From an uncultured bacterium (lineage in GTDB: Bacteria; Patescibacteriota; Minisyncoccia; Phycocordibacterales; DATDWN01): DNA of 64,000 nt. The stretch is from positions 7,478 through 71,477 of the forward strand of contig CAIQCQ010000038.1 of the NCBI GenBank assembly GCA_903870365.1. Direction: 5' to 3'. Of this stretch, positions 18,769 to 27,744 are shown piece by piece. Below the pieces are notes generated by a model. It did no database searches. It had not been told where the DNA came from and saw only the letters and a program-made list of their open reading frames with translations. A program made the position numbers and the translations under genes. Every line of letters begins with the position of its first letter. Within the stretch, counting starts at the first letter, position 1.

Positions 18769-19188
18769 ATGGCAGAACAACAATATCAAAAAAGGCCGTT
18801 ACCCCAAGAAAAAGAGCCCGAAACAAAGGAGTTGAGTATTGGCAATTGGATGTTAAAAGGTTCTGTCGCTCTGTTTTTTGATACAACAGGAGCTTTGATA
18901 AATCTCCTACCTGTGGCAGGCCAAATTCTTGAAGAATTTAACGATCTATTTGCTGACGGAGTTTTTTTATTGTGGTTTACCCTTGATGGTGTCAAATACT
19001 CAAAAAACACTATGTTTGGTAGTTTTGTACTGAAATTTATACCTATATTAAATATGCTACCAGAATACACACTTATGATTATCATTATGTATATGAAATC
19101 AAAAAAAGACGCTGCGGTGAGAAAAACTGTCGGTGGTGGCAGTATTGCCCGTACCATTGCAAACCAAAACAAAAGTCCCAACGCATAG
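18769..19188 (+). CDS. Small membrane protein
   Basis: Two or three hydrophobic segments; N-terminal 43 nt are identical to 13280-13322. Confidence 0.4.
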   Translation: MAEQQYQKRPLPQEKEPETKELSIGNWMLKGSVALFFDTTGALINLLPVAGQILEEFNDLFADGVFLLWFTLDGVKYSKNTMFGSFVLKFIPILNMLPEYTLMIIIMYMKSKKDAAVRKTVGGGSIARTIANQNKSPNA

Positions 19189-19237
19189 TGTGAACAAAAG
19201 ACAAACACAACACTTTTCTTATGCTAAAATATAATTA

Positions 19238-20266
19238 ATGAAATTTTTTTCTAAAACTTTTATTTTTTTTCTTATTCTAGCTTCAAGCTTGTTGCTTCCA
19301 GCTTCTATTCCTGCCCACGCCCAGCTCAATGTTGGTCTCAGTCCTGCTGATATTTCAACTGATGTCGAGCCAACAAATCCTGGACCATTTCAACAAATCA
19401 GTGTCACCATAGACAGTTATGCCACCGACCTCAATGGGGTCAGTATTTCCTGGGTAGTTAATGGAAAAAAGGTTGTCTCTGGTATTGGTAAAAAGGGTAT
19501 CAGTCTGACCACCGGAGCCATTGGTAAACAAACCTCTATTAATATCACCATCGACTCTATTACCGGCACCATTACCAAAAACATCACCATTATCCCAGCC
19601 ACAGTGGATATGATATGGGAAGCCAACACATATACTCCACCATTTTTTAAAGGTAAAGCCATCTTTAGTCCAGAAAGTGTGGTGACATTTGTAGCAATAC
19701 CGCACCTCATACGAAACGGGGTAGAGGTCTCACCAAAAAATCTCATATACACATGGTCAAACAACGGCACTGTCCTCGGTAGTCAAAGTGGCTATGGTAA
19801 AAGTACCCTCAGTATCGCGGGCAGTATCATCCCACGACCCTTTGATATCACGGTAGAGGCTAGTGATCCGAACACAGGCTCTGTGGCCGACGGAGAGACT
19901 GTTTTGGCATCACAGACTCCTTTTGTACTCTTTTATAAAAATGATCCACTCTACGGAGTACAGTACGAACATGCACTGACTGGTGTTATTCCACTCACCA
20001 CACAGGAAATGGAGATCACTGCAGTCCCATATTACTTTAGTGCTCGATCTATGTTTGATAATCTCCTTTCCTACAATTGGGAAATCAATGGTACACCGAT
20101 CGGTGACGGTATAAACAGTCCGGACAAAGTCTTTCGCCGTACAGGCACAGCTGTTGGACAATCAAATGTTTCAGTGTCAACGACACAGAGTGCTACAATG
20201 TTTCAGACAGCCAACCAGGCAGTAACAATTGATTTTCAGAATAGTAGTACGCAAGTAGGGTTGTAG
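19238..20266 (+). CDS. Secreted protein with cleavable signal peptide
   Basis: MKFFSKTFIFFLILASSLLLPASIPAHAQ then a beta-rich Thr/Ser/Gly-rich region. Confidence 0.4.
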   Translation: MKFFSKTFIFFLILASSLLLPASIPAHAQLNVGLSPADISTDVEPTNPGPFQQISVTIDSYATDLNGVSISWVVNGKKVVSGIGKKGISLTTGAIGKQTSINITIDSITGTITKNITIIPATVDMIWEANTYTPPFFKGKAIFSPESVVTFVAIPHLIRNGVEVSPKNLIYTWSNNGTVLGSQSGYGKSTLSIAGSIIPRPFDITVEASDPNTGSVADGETVLASQTPFVLFYKNDPLYGVQYEHALTGVIPLTTQEMEITAVPYYFSARSMFDNLLSYNWEINGTPIGDGINSPDKVFRRTGTAVGQSNVSVSTTQSATMFQTANQAVTIDFQNSSTQVGL

Positions 20267-20342
20267 GAGAATAGAAATATGAATGAAGAATTATGATGCA
20301 CAATAATAGAGACCTAGGGAAAATTAGGAATAAGAAAATATT

Positions 20343-21347
20343 ATGAGAAAAAATACACAAAAAACTATTTTGAATATACTGCGGGTGACCATGATCAGTG
20401 CTTTTTTGTTTGCGAGTGCGACCTCGATCGCTATGGCGCAAGCACAAACGCCACAACCTTATACGGTATTAGCACCACTTCCGGGAACAACAATTGATGC
20501 AAATTGCACAGGTACAGCATGCACAAGTGATCTCTCTCATTATCTTCCCGGTATTTTTAATCTCATGATCGGTGTGGCGGCAGTGGCAGCCTTTGTCGCC
20601 ATTACTATTGGTGGTTTTGAATATATGTTTACTGATGTTCCAGGGGTTAAAGCGAGTGCAAAAGGTATGGTGTCCAATGCCTTTTGGGGTCTTGGTTTTA
20701 TTATTTTTGCTTATGCCATCCTCAATACCATCAACCCAGTGCTCCTCAAGGGAAGTTTGAATATTACTCCGCCAACAGTGGCAAGTGGTGGTGGACTAAC
20801 CACAGGAACTGGTGGTGCCACAACAAATGTCGGTGGAAATATCGCTGGAGTTGCAATGACAACAGATCAACAGACAGCATCAGATGCTGTGAGAGCAGCT
20901 TTAAAATCCCAAAGTGGTGGAGTTGTTACGGCTTATGCAGATCCTTGTACAAGGGGTCAAACAACTGGTTGTGTTGATTTAAATGGATTAACACCATCAA
21001 CCCAAAATGGTTTAGAATTATTGGGGAAAAATTGTGGTAGTGGATGTAAGGTTGTTATAAGTGGTGGTACCGAGGCGGGACACAGTACTGGATCAGATCA
21101 CAATAAAGGTAACGGTGTTGATATTGAACCAAACGCACAACTTACAAACGCTGTAACAAATAATTTATCTAATGATCCTTCTATTTGTAAAGCGGGGGCA
21201 GGAGGAACTTGTAATGGCCTTGCAGCATGTAATAAATATACAACATCAGTTGGTGGACAGACTGCAACTTATCTTTGGGAACCCACAGGTTCAACGTGTG
21301 GAGGAAATGTTCCTTCATCAGCTCCTCATTGGCATGCAAGCTTTTAA
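20343..21347 (+). CDS. T4SS pilin-like (VirB2/TrbC-like) N-terminus fused to a LAS/M15-type metallopeptidase-like C-terminal domain
   Basis: Signal peptide; LPGIFNLMIGVAAVAAFVAITIGGFEYMFTD...AFWGLGFIIFAYAILNTINP is a two-helix pilin pattern; C-terminus has GHSTGSDHNKGNGVDI (SxHxxGxAxD-like) and APHWHASF (EPWH-like) zinc-ligand motifs. Confidence 0.45.
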   Translation: MRKNTQKTILNILRVTMISAFLFASATSIAMAQAQTPQPYTVLAPLPGTTIDANCTGTACTSDLSHYLPGIFNLMIGVAAVAAFVAITIGGFEYMFTDVPGVKASAKGMVSNAFWGLGFIIFAYAILNTINPVLLKGSLNITPPTVASGGGLTTGTGGATTNVGGNIAGVAMTTDQQTASDAVRAALKSQSGGVVTAYADPCTRGQTTGCVDLNGLTPSTQNGLELLGKNCGSGCKVVISGGTEAGHSTGSDHNKGNGVDIEPNAQLTNAVTNNLSNDPSICKAGAGGTCNGLAACNKYTTSVGGQTATYLWEPTGSTCGGNVPSSAPHWHASF

Positions 21348-21352
21348 CTCAT

Positions 21353-22612
21353 ATGAAAAATATTCTTAAAATTTCAACTATTGTCCTCGGTATTATTGCA
21401 GTAGGGTTACTGTACTATTATTTCTTTTTCTTTAAAGCTAGTACACCGACAATCAACACATCGACAAAACCCAGTTCAACCAACTTCTTTCCTTTTGGTC
21501 AGGGTGGTACGACAGGTAACACAACTAAACCAAACACCAATACAAACCCCACCACTCAACAACTTCAGCAAGCGAGTAATTATCTCCAAAAACTTCGCCT
21601 CATTTCCAACGAACCCGTTGCTGGCGCCACATTCATCGAAAACAAAAATACAGTTATTATCCGTTACATAGAAAAAGCTACGGGACATATTTATGATGTC
21701 TCTACTAATTCTGCGACCATTAACCAAATTTCCAACACCACTTTACCAAAAATTCATGAGGCTTTCTTTACCGACCTTGGTCTTGGACTGATTGCTCGCT
21801 CTGTCGGAGATGATGGAGAAAGTATCCAGACTATTTATTCAAAACTACCAGCCAGTGTGGCCACAACTACGCAAAAAATAGCCTCAAGCAGTATACTCAC
21901 ACTAAACCCACTTGTTCTACAAACAAATATTCCTTTTTTGACCGTCTCTCCATCAACCAAAAATATCTTTTATACTCAAAAGAGTTTTGCTGGTAGTACT
22001 GGCATCATCGCCCTCTCAAACGGCACAAGTAAAAAACAAATCTGGAGTTCTCCGGTACGCAGTGTCTACCCACAATTTTCAGGGGAAAACACTGTCCTGG
22101 TCACGACCGCACCCAATGCATCCGTCTATGGCTATGCTTACTTGGTCAACACCAAAACGGGTGGAGTCAAAAACATTCTCGGTAATATCTATGACCTTTC
22201 CGTCTTTGCTAATACCACTGGTACTGATTTTGTATACTATACCAGTGCAAGTGGGGGACAATTCTTTCATTATGTTCTTGCAAATAGCTCCACCACCCCA
22301 CTGACACCAACAACCTTCCCTGAGAAATGTGTCTTTGATACCTCAAGTAAAACATCACTCTATTGTGCAGTGCCAAATGATTCGCTCTCACAAAATTCGC
22401 TTGATAACTGGTATCTTGGACTGAACTCGTACTCTGACAGTATCTGGAAATATGACCTCAAAGCAGGAACCTCTCAAATGATCGAGGATCTTTCATCCAA
22501 TGCTGGGCGAAATATTGACGTCATCAATATGCATATCAACACCGTTGGTTCACTCCTCCTGTTTCAAAGTAAGACAGATGGAAGTTTATGGAGTTTGAAT
22601 GTGGGAGCGTAG
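21353..22612 (+). CDS. Membrane-anchored protein with large extracytoplasmic beta-rich domain
   Basis: MKNILKISTIVLGIIAVGLLYYYFFFF TM anchor then a Thr/Asn-rich linker; the ORF-track start at 21275 overlaps the upstream gene, so the ATG at 21353 is preferred. Confidence 0.4.
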   Translation: MKNILKISTIVLGIIAVGLLYYYFFFFKASTPTINTSTKPSSTNFFPFGQGGTTGNTTKPNTNTNPTTQQLQQASNYLQKLRLISNEPVAGATFIENKNTVIIRYIEKATGHIYDVSTNSATINQISNTTLPKIHEAFFTDLGLGLIARSVGDDGESIQTIYSKLPASVATTTQKIASSSILTLNPLVLQTNIPFLTVSPSTKNIFYTQKSFAGSTGIIALSNGTSKKQIWSSPVRSVYPQFSGENTVLVTTAPNASVYGYAYLVNTKTGGVKNILGNIYDLSVFANTTGTDFVYYTSASGGQFFHYVLANSSTTPLTPTTFPEKCVFDTSSKTSLYCAVPNDSLSQNSLDNWYLGLNSYSDSIWKYDLKAGTSQMIEDLSSNAGRNIDVINMHINTVGSLLLFQSKTDGSLWSLNVGA

Positions 22613-22651
22613 AGAGGGTCTGCAGACAGAAGTTTGAAACTAGAAGTTAGA

Positions 22652-22689
22652 AAATTAAATTCCCTAGGTGACGCCTAGGGAATTTAATT
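22652..22689. terminator. Bidirectional rho-independent terminator
   Basis: Perfect 17-bp inverted repeat AAATTAAATTCCCTAGG-tgacg-CCTAGGGAATTTAATT flanked by A/T runs, between convergent genes. Confidence 0.6.
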
Positions 22690-22744
22690 ATAAAAATGGG
22701 TGGATTGAGGGCTCAAGCCCGCAATGACGAAAAGGAATATTTTC

Positions 22745-23476
22745 TTATTTCGTCCCTCCGCGTACTCTCTTTCGAAAGTATAACTCCTGAAGAACAGTAA
22801 ACACATTACTCGTCACCCAATACAGTGAAATTGCTGCTGAAATACTCCATGAAATAAAGAATACGAGCACAGGAAAAAAATATTTCATTTGTGTCTGGAA
22901 GGATTTCATCATTTCTGCAGTACTGTTTTTATCAGCACCTTTTCCCTCGAGATCTGCGGGTGTGGCATACTTTATCTGGAAAAATGTACTAATACCAGCA
23001 AGGAGAGCTAAAAAGACACTCTTTTGTGCAATATCAGAGATAAACAAAAAATTCATTGCAATATGCGCTGGAGCAGAAACAAAATGATACAGCTGTGTCA
23101 TATCAACTTGGGGAAGTCCTGATTTCAAAAACACTCGGTAGAGGGCAATGATGATGGGGAGTTGAATGATAAGGACAAAAAAACCAGCAAATGGATTAAT
23201 ATTCTTTTCTTTATAGAGTTCAACTGTTTTTAATGTTTGTTGCTCTTTGTCTTCTTTGTATTTTTCTTTAATTACTCTTAGATCTTTCTCTATTTCCTTC
23301 ATTTCCATCTGAGCGTAGGTAGCTCTCATGGCCAAAGGGAAGAGGACTAGTTTGACGATGATAGTAAATAAAATAACAACCAATCCAGCTCCAGCCCAAG
23401 GGAGAAGGTCAAAAAGGAAAATGAGACCATTATAGAGTGGTTGATAAAAAACAATAGTAAAAAATTGGGTAATCAT
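22745..23476 (-). CDS. yidC: Membrane protein insertase YidC (short form)
   Basis: NPFAGFFVLIIQLPIIIALYRVF and 5 TM segments; sits in the rpmH-rnpA-yidC operon. Confidence 0.85.
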   Translation of the reverse strand: MITQFFTIVFYQPLYNGLIFLFDLLPWAGAGLVVILFTIIVKLVLFPLAMRATYAQMEMKEIEKDLRVIKEKYKEDKEQQTLKTVELYKEKNINPFAGFFVLIIQLPIIIALYRVFLKSGLPQVDMTQLYHFVSAPAHIAMNFLFISDIAQKSVFLALLAGISTFFQIKYATPADLEGKGADKNSTAEMMKSFQTQMKYFFPVLVFFISWSISAAISLYWVTSNVFTVLQELYFRKRVRGGTK

Positions 23477-23594
23477 GGTTACGAATTATATTGGTAAATA
23501 TAATTCCCTTACTCGGACGATGTGAATAAGATTACTTATTCACCCGCTCCTCGATGGGAATTATACGAATAAGATAGAATACAAGAATAGGGGA

Positions 23595-23930
23595 CTACAT
23601 AATACCTGATTGTGTCAGTAATTGTAGCACCGTTCCATTAATTTCACTAAACGTACTTTTTTCAGCACCTTTTTTAAAACTATATACACCATAAAAACCA
23701 GGTTGTATTTTTATAAGGACTTTTGTGAGGGTATTGTACCCACGTCGACGGAGTCGATTACGATCAACAGCACTTTTTGCAACCTTTTTAGAGCACAAAA
23801 AAGAAAACTGACTTGGTGTTTGGTCTGTTTTCTTGTAGATATATAGGGAAAGAACAGGGGAATGATAGCTATACCCCCGACCAAGGGTCTTAAACTCGGT
23901 TTTACTGATTCTGAGGGTGCTTGGAAGCAT
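23595..23930 (-). CDS. rnpA: RNase P protein component
   Basis: KKVAKSAVDRNRLRRRGYN, the RnpA RNR motif. Confidence 0.8.
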   Translation of the reverse strand: MLPSTLRISKTEFKTLGRGYSYHSPVLSLYIYKKTDQTPSQFSFLCSKKVAKSAVDRNRLRRRGYNTLTKVLIKIQPGFYGVYSFKKGAEKSTFSEINGTVLQLLTQSGIM

Positions 23931-24026
23931 AGATTTATACAGTCTATAAAGTCCTTAAAGTCAAAAGTTTGTAAAGTTAGGGAATTTATCTCTACTTTAT
24001 AGACTTTATGGACTTGAGACTTTTAA

Positions 24027-24173
24027 CTACTTTTCCGATGATACAGACAATGATTTTCGGCCTTTTCGGCGTCTCTGAAGAAGGGTTCGTCGGCCCCCAG
24101 CAGTCTTTGTACGAGCAAGAAAGCCGTGTGTAGTAGCTCGTTTTCGTTTTTTTGGATTATATGTGAATGACAT
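24027..24173 (-). CDS. rpmH: 50S ribosomal protein L34
   Basis: Hand-translated [48 protein letters not shown]; below the 60-aa ORF-track cutoff. Confidence 0.8.
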   Translation of the reverse strand: MSFTYNPKKRKRATTHGFLARTKTAGGRRTLLQRRRKGRKSLSVSSEK

Positions 24174-24412
24174 AGTTTTTTTGGAAATGGCTAAATTTAG
24201 ATGTAGTCCTAGGCGGGCAAGGAATTTGATTCCGAGCTGTACTACTCTCGTACAGTGAGGATCAAATTATCGTGGCCCAACAACGGAATACGCTAAATGT
24301 AGCCGTTTCCGCTTGTACACATATTATTAACACGAAATAAACTTTTTTACAACTTCCTTGTTTCGTCGACACCTATATAATATGTGATTGATAAAAAGAA
24401 ATTTTAATTCAC

Positions 24413-25762
24413 ATGGAAGAAACAACTATCGATACAAAACAAATTTGGGATAAGGTACTCACTGAAATTGAGTTATCTATATCAAAACCAAATTTTAATA
24501 CATGGTTTAAAGACACATATATCGCAAAATTTGATGATGGTAGTATTCTTTTATCAGTACCAAACAACTTTGTTGAAGAATGGCTTTCAAGTAAATTTCA
24601 TACACTCATTCTTAAATCACTCCGTAATATTTCAACCACTATTCACTCACTTGAATATGTTATTACAAAAGAAGATACTCGAAAAAATTCATTAAAAGAA
24701 AAAACCATTCTCATTAACAAAGAACTTCCTCTTGAGGACTACTACATCAACAGGGAAGACAACCTCAATCCACGATATACATTTGATAATTTTATTGTTG
24801 GACCGTTTAATGAACTGGCACATGCTGCTGCACAAGGTGTTATTAAAAAACCAGGACTGACATACAACCCACTCTTTATTTATGGTAATACTGGCCATGG
24901 TAAGACTCATTTACTCCAGGCAATTGGAAACCATATAAAAAATAGTGGTAAAAAAGTCTTTTATATTACTTCGGAAAAATTTAGTCAGGAGTTGGTTAAT
25001 GCCCTCCAGATGAATAAACCAAACTTTTTCAAAGAAAAGTATCGTAAATATGATGTGTTGATTATGGATGATATTCAGTTTATGTCTGGTAAAATAAAAA
25101 CTCAAGAAGAACTCTTTCATCTCTTTAATCATCTATACGACAATAATAAACAGATTATTTTTTCTTCAGATAAACACCCAAGTTATATTCAAGATCTTGA
25201 GGAACGTCTCCGAAGTCGTTTTTCTGCGGGTATGGTAGTGGATATTCCTGCACCAGAAGCAGAATCTCGAGTAGCTATCATTAAATCAAAAATAGCTCAG
25301 GGTGGCACAAAGCTTTCTGAAGAAGTTATTAATTTTCTTGCATACTCTGTCACGGGAAACATTCGTGAACTTGAGGGTATTATCAACTCTATTGTCTGTC
25401 AGACTCAGTTAAAGGATCGTGAATTAAGTTTACATGAGATAAAAAACTTCATTAAAAGTAGTGCAAAACCAAAAAAGAATGTTTCTACAAAGGAAGTGGT
25501 TAAAACAGTAGCTGACTTCTACCATATAGAGGAAAATTTAATTTATGAAAAAACTCGAAAAAAAGAGATCATTAAACCTCGTCAGATTATTATGTATATC
25601 CTCCGTGAAGAATTTGCTATATCCTACCCAGCCATAGGGGAGAGATTAGGAGGTCGTGATCACACCACCGTCATGCATTCATGTGAGAAAATCAAGAATG
25701 ATATTTTAAAAGATCAAAACTTATCTGCAGAAATCAACCAATTGCGCGCAATTCTTGTTTAG
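24413..25762 (+). CDS. dnaA: Chromosomal replication initiator DnaA
   Basis: AAA+ Walker A GNTGHGKTHLL, box VII, C-terminal DNA-binding domain (DHTTVMHSCEKI). Confidence 0.95.
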   Translation: MEETTIDTKQIWDKVLTEIELSISKPNFNTWFKDTYIAKFDDGSILLSVPNNFVEEWLSSKFHTLILKSLRNISTTIHSLEYVITKEDTRKNSLKEKTILINKELPLEDYYINREDNLNPRYTFDNFIVGPFNELAHAAAQGVIKKPGLTYNPLFIYGNTGHGKTHLLQAIGNHIKNSGKKVFYITSEKFSQELVNALQMNKPNFFKEKYRKYDVLIMDDIQFMSGKIKTQEELFHLFNHLYDNNKQIIFSSDKHPSYIQDLEERLRSRFSAGMVVDIPAPEAESRVAIIKSKIAQGGTKLSEEVINFLAYSVTGNIRELEGIINSIVCQTQLKDRELSLHEIKNFIKSSAKPKKNVSTKEVVKTVADFYHIEENLIYEKTRKKEIIKPRQIIMYILREEFAISYPAIGERLGGRDHTTVMHSCEKIKNDILKDQNLSAEINQLRAILV

Positions 25763-26022
25763 AGTACTCTATGGTTGTTTGTGGATATGTCTGGGGATAA
25801 GGTGTTGGGTAAAATGGGGATTGTATGGGTATAACCACAGGTATATAGTGGGGAGAATAATGGGATAGAAAAGAGAGGGTAAAAGAAGTTGGTCTTCTAT
25901 TAACAACAGAACAAACTACTTTCTACAAAATACCTATATATTACATACTGTAAAACTTTATCCACATATCCACAGTCCTAATAGTAATAAATCTTTTAAA
26001 AAAATAAATTAATACAAATATT
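25763..26022. promoter_or_regulatory. Candidate oriC: DnaA-box cluster plus AT-rich unwinding element
   Basis: Perfect TTATCCACA at 25958-25966 overlapping ATATCCACA at 25966-25974; TGTGGATAT at 25780-25788 and TGGGGATAA at 25792-25800 on the other strand; AT-rich 25990-26022. Confidence 0.6.
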
Positions 26023-27123
26023 ATGAAGATTGAATGTGTTAAAGAAAAATTGGTAAAAGTATTAGTTAAGGCAGAAAAGATTTCTGGTAAAAATACTACA
26101 CTCCCCATCCTTTCATGTTTTCTTTTAAAAGCTGAGAAAGACTTTTTGGTTATTTCAGCAACCAACCTTGATCTCGGTATTGAAATATCACTTCCAGTAA
26201 AAGTAATTGAGCCTGGTCAGGTAGCTATACCTGCTCAAATATTTTCTCAATTTATTTCAAATATTTATAATGATAAAAATATTACTATTGAAACAGAAGG
26301 GAATAATGTAAAAATATCAACTGACCATACACATACCACTATCAAAACATTTTCAATTGATGATTTTCCAATACTCCCAAAAGTTGGAAAAGGGAATATG
26401 TTTACTCTTGCATCTCAGGATTTTTTGAAAGGTTTAAAGAGTGTGTACTATGCGGCATCAACATCAACCATCAAACCCACCCTCTCGAGCGTCTATATCT
26501 ATCCAGATGAAGAGTTTTTAGTTTTTGCTGCCACAGACTCATTTCGGCTCGCAGAAAAGCGAATAAAGCTTAAAAAACAGACTGATTTTGGTCAAATTCT
26601 CCTTCCATTAAAGAATATTCCAGAAATTATCCGGGTCTTTGAGGATATACATGATGATATAGCGGTATCTATCGATACAAATCAAATTTCTTTTGAATAT
26701 AATGGTATTTATCTCACTTCACGAGTAATTGATGGTGTGTTTCCTGATTATAAACAAATTATTCCAAAAGAATACAAAACTGAAGCAACAGTATTAAAAT
26801 ACGATTTAGTGAGTATTCTAAAAATGTCTAATATCTTTGCTGATAAATTTAGTCAGGTCTATATGTCTGTATCAGAAAAACCAAAATTATTTGAAATAAA
26901 AACAAAAAACGCTGATGTGGGAGAAAATGTCAGTCAACTTGATGCGGTAATTAAAGGGGAGAGTTTATCTATGAGTTTTAATTATAAATATATTATTGAT
27001 TGTTTCCAATCAATTGATTCTGATTCAATTATCGTACAGTTTACTGATGCGAGTCGACCAATGGTGATACGAGGGGTGAGTGATAAGTCATATTTATACC
27101 TCGTCATGCCAATGAATAAATAG
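26023..27123 (+). CDS. dnaN: DNA polymerase III beta sliding clamp
   Basis: 366 aa, three-domain clamp pattern, directly downstream of dnaA. Confidence 0.9.
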   Translation: MKIECVKEKLVKVLVKAEKISGKNTTLPILSCFLLKAEKDFLVISATNLDLGIEISLPVKVIEPGQVAIPAQIFSQFISNIYNDKNITIETEGNNVKISTDHTHTTIKTFSIDDFPILPKVGKGNMFTLASQDFLKGLKSVYYAASTSTIKPTLSSVYIYPDEEFLVFAATDSFRLAEKRIKLKKQTDFGQILLPLKNIPEIIRVFEDIHDDIAVSIDTNQISFEYNGIYLTSRVIDGVFPDYKQIIPKEYKTEATVLKYDLVSILKMSNIFADKFSQVYMSVSEKPKLFEIKTKNADVGENVSQLDAVIKGESLSMSFNYKYIIDCFQSIDSDSIIVQFTDASRPMVIRGVSDKSYLYLVMPMNK

Positions 27124-27124
27124 C

Positions 27125-27326
27125 GCTCGTTAGAGGGTTTTGAACAGCACTGATATTTTTCTGGTGAAAAATTCCTCTGCTCACTGGTCAAGAAAATGTA
27201 AGATTCGAAAGATCGACTTCTCGGCAAACTCGTCGTGACTACACTCCTCAGACAATGCCTCCAGTCTGCTTTCTCATCAACATTTTCTAACCAGCTCCGC
27301 AAGGCTTTCAAAACCCTCTAACTCGC
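27125..27326. other. Element of about 200 bp flanked by 20-bp inverted repeats (candidate structured ncRNA or MITE)
   Basis: GCTCGTTAGAGGGTTTTGAA at 27125-27144 versus TTCAAAACCCTCTAACTCGC at 27307-27326; no ORF; GC higher than surroundings. Confidence 0.3.
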
Positions 27327-27377
27327 TTTTGTGAAGGGGACTACTTATCAAAATTCGGGGTAGAATAAAGCATTCCT

Positions 27378-27414
27378 CTTTTTCTTATCTCGTAACTCAT
27401 ATCTCTAAACTCTA
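27378..27414. repeat. Heptamer-type repeat, family 1, solo right arm upstream of start codon 27420
   Basis: ttcttatctcgtaactcatatctctaaactctatccag then ATG. Confidence 0.45.
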
Positions 27415-27419
27415 TCCAG

Positions 27420-27665
27420 ATGTTTAACATCGCCGATTATCTCAAAAGAACAGTTGGTATTATCGACAAGAATATTTTATATAAAAAGGAAATTGCCGAT
27501 GTTATTACTAAACACACAGGTATTTCGAAAGACACCAATTTTTTTGAAATAAAAGATGGTGTCATGCGAACAACACTATCACCAATGGAAAAGGGGATAT
27601 TGTTTATCAAAAAAGAAGCCATCCTTGCGGATTTAGCTTCTTTTGGAGTGAAAGAAATTAGATAA
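27420..27665 (+). CDS. Small protein downstream of dnaN (possible DUF721/DciA-like)
   Basis: 81 aa; assignment rests on position after dnaN and size only. Confidence 0.3.
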   Translation: MFNIADYLKRTVGIIDKNILYKKEIADVITKHTGISKDTNFFEIKDGVMRTTLSPMEKGILFIKKEAILADLASFGVKEIR

Positions 27666-27744
27666 AATACCTTTATTTAATAGGTATTTTTAAATTTTAG
27701 AAGATGAAATCGGATAAAAAGACCAAAGCTTTTGTTGTTCAAGC

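Noticed and set aside
20684-20977. W/C-rich 97-aa ORF
   Set aside because: Alternative frame inside the pilin-like/M15 gene.
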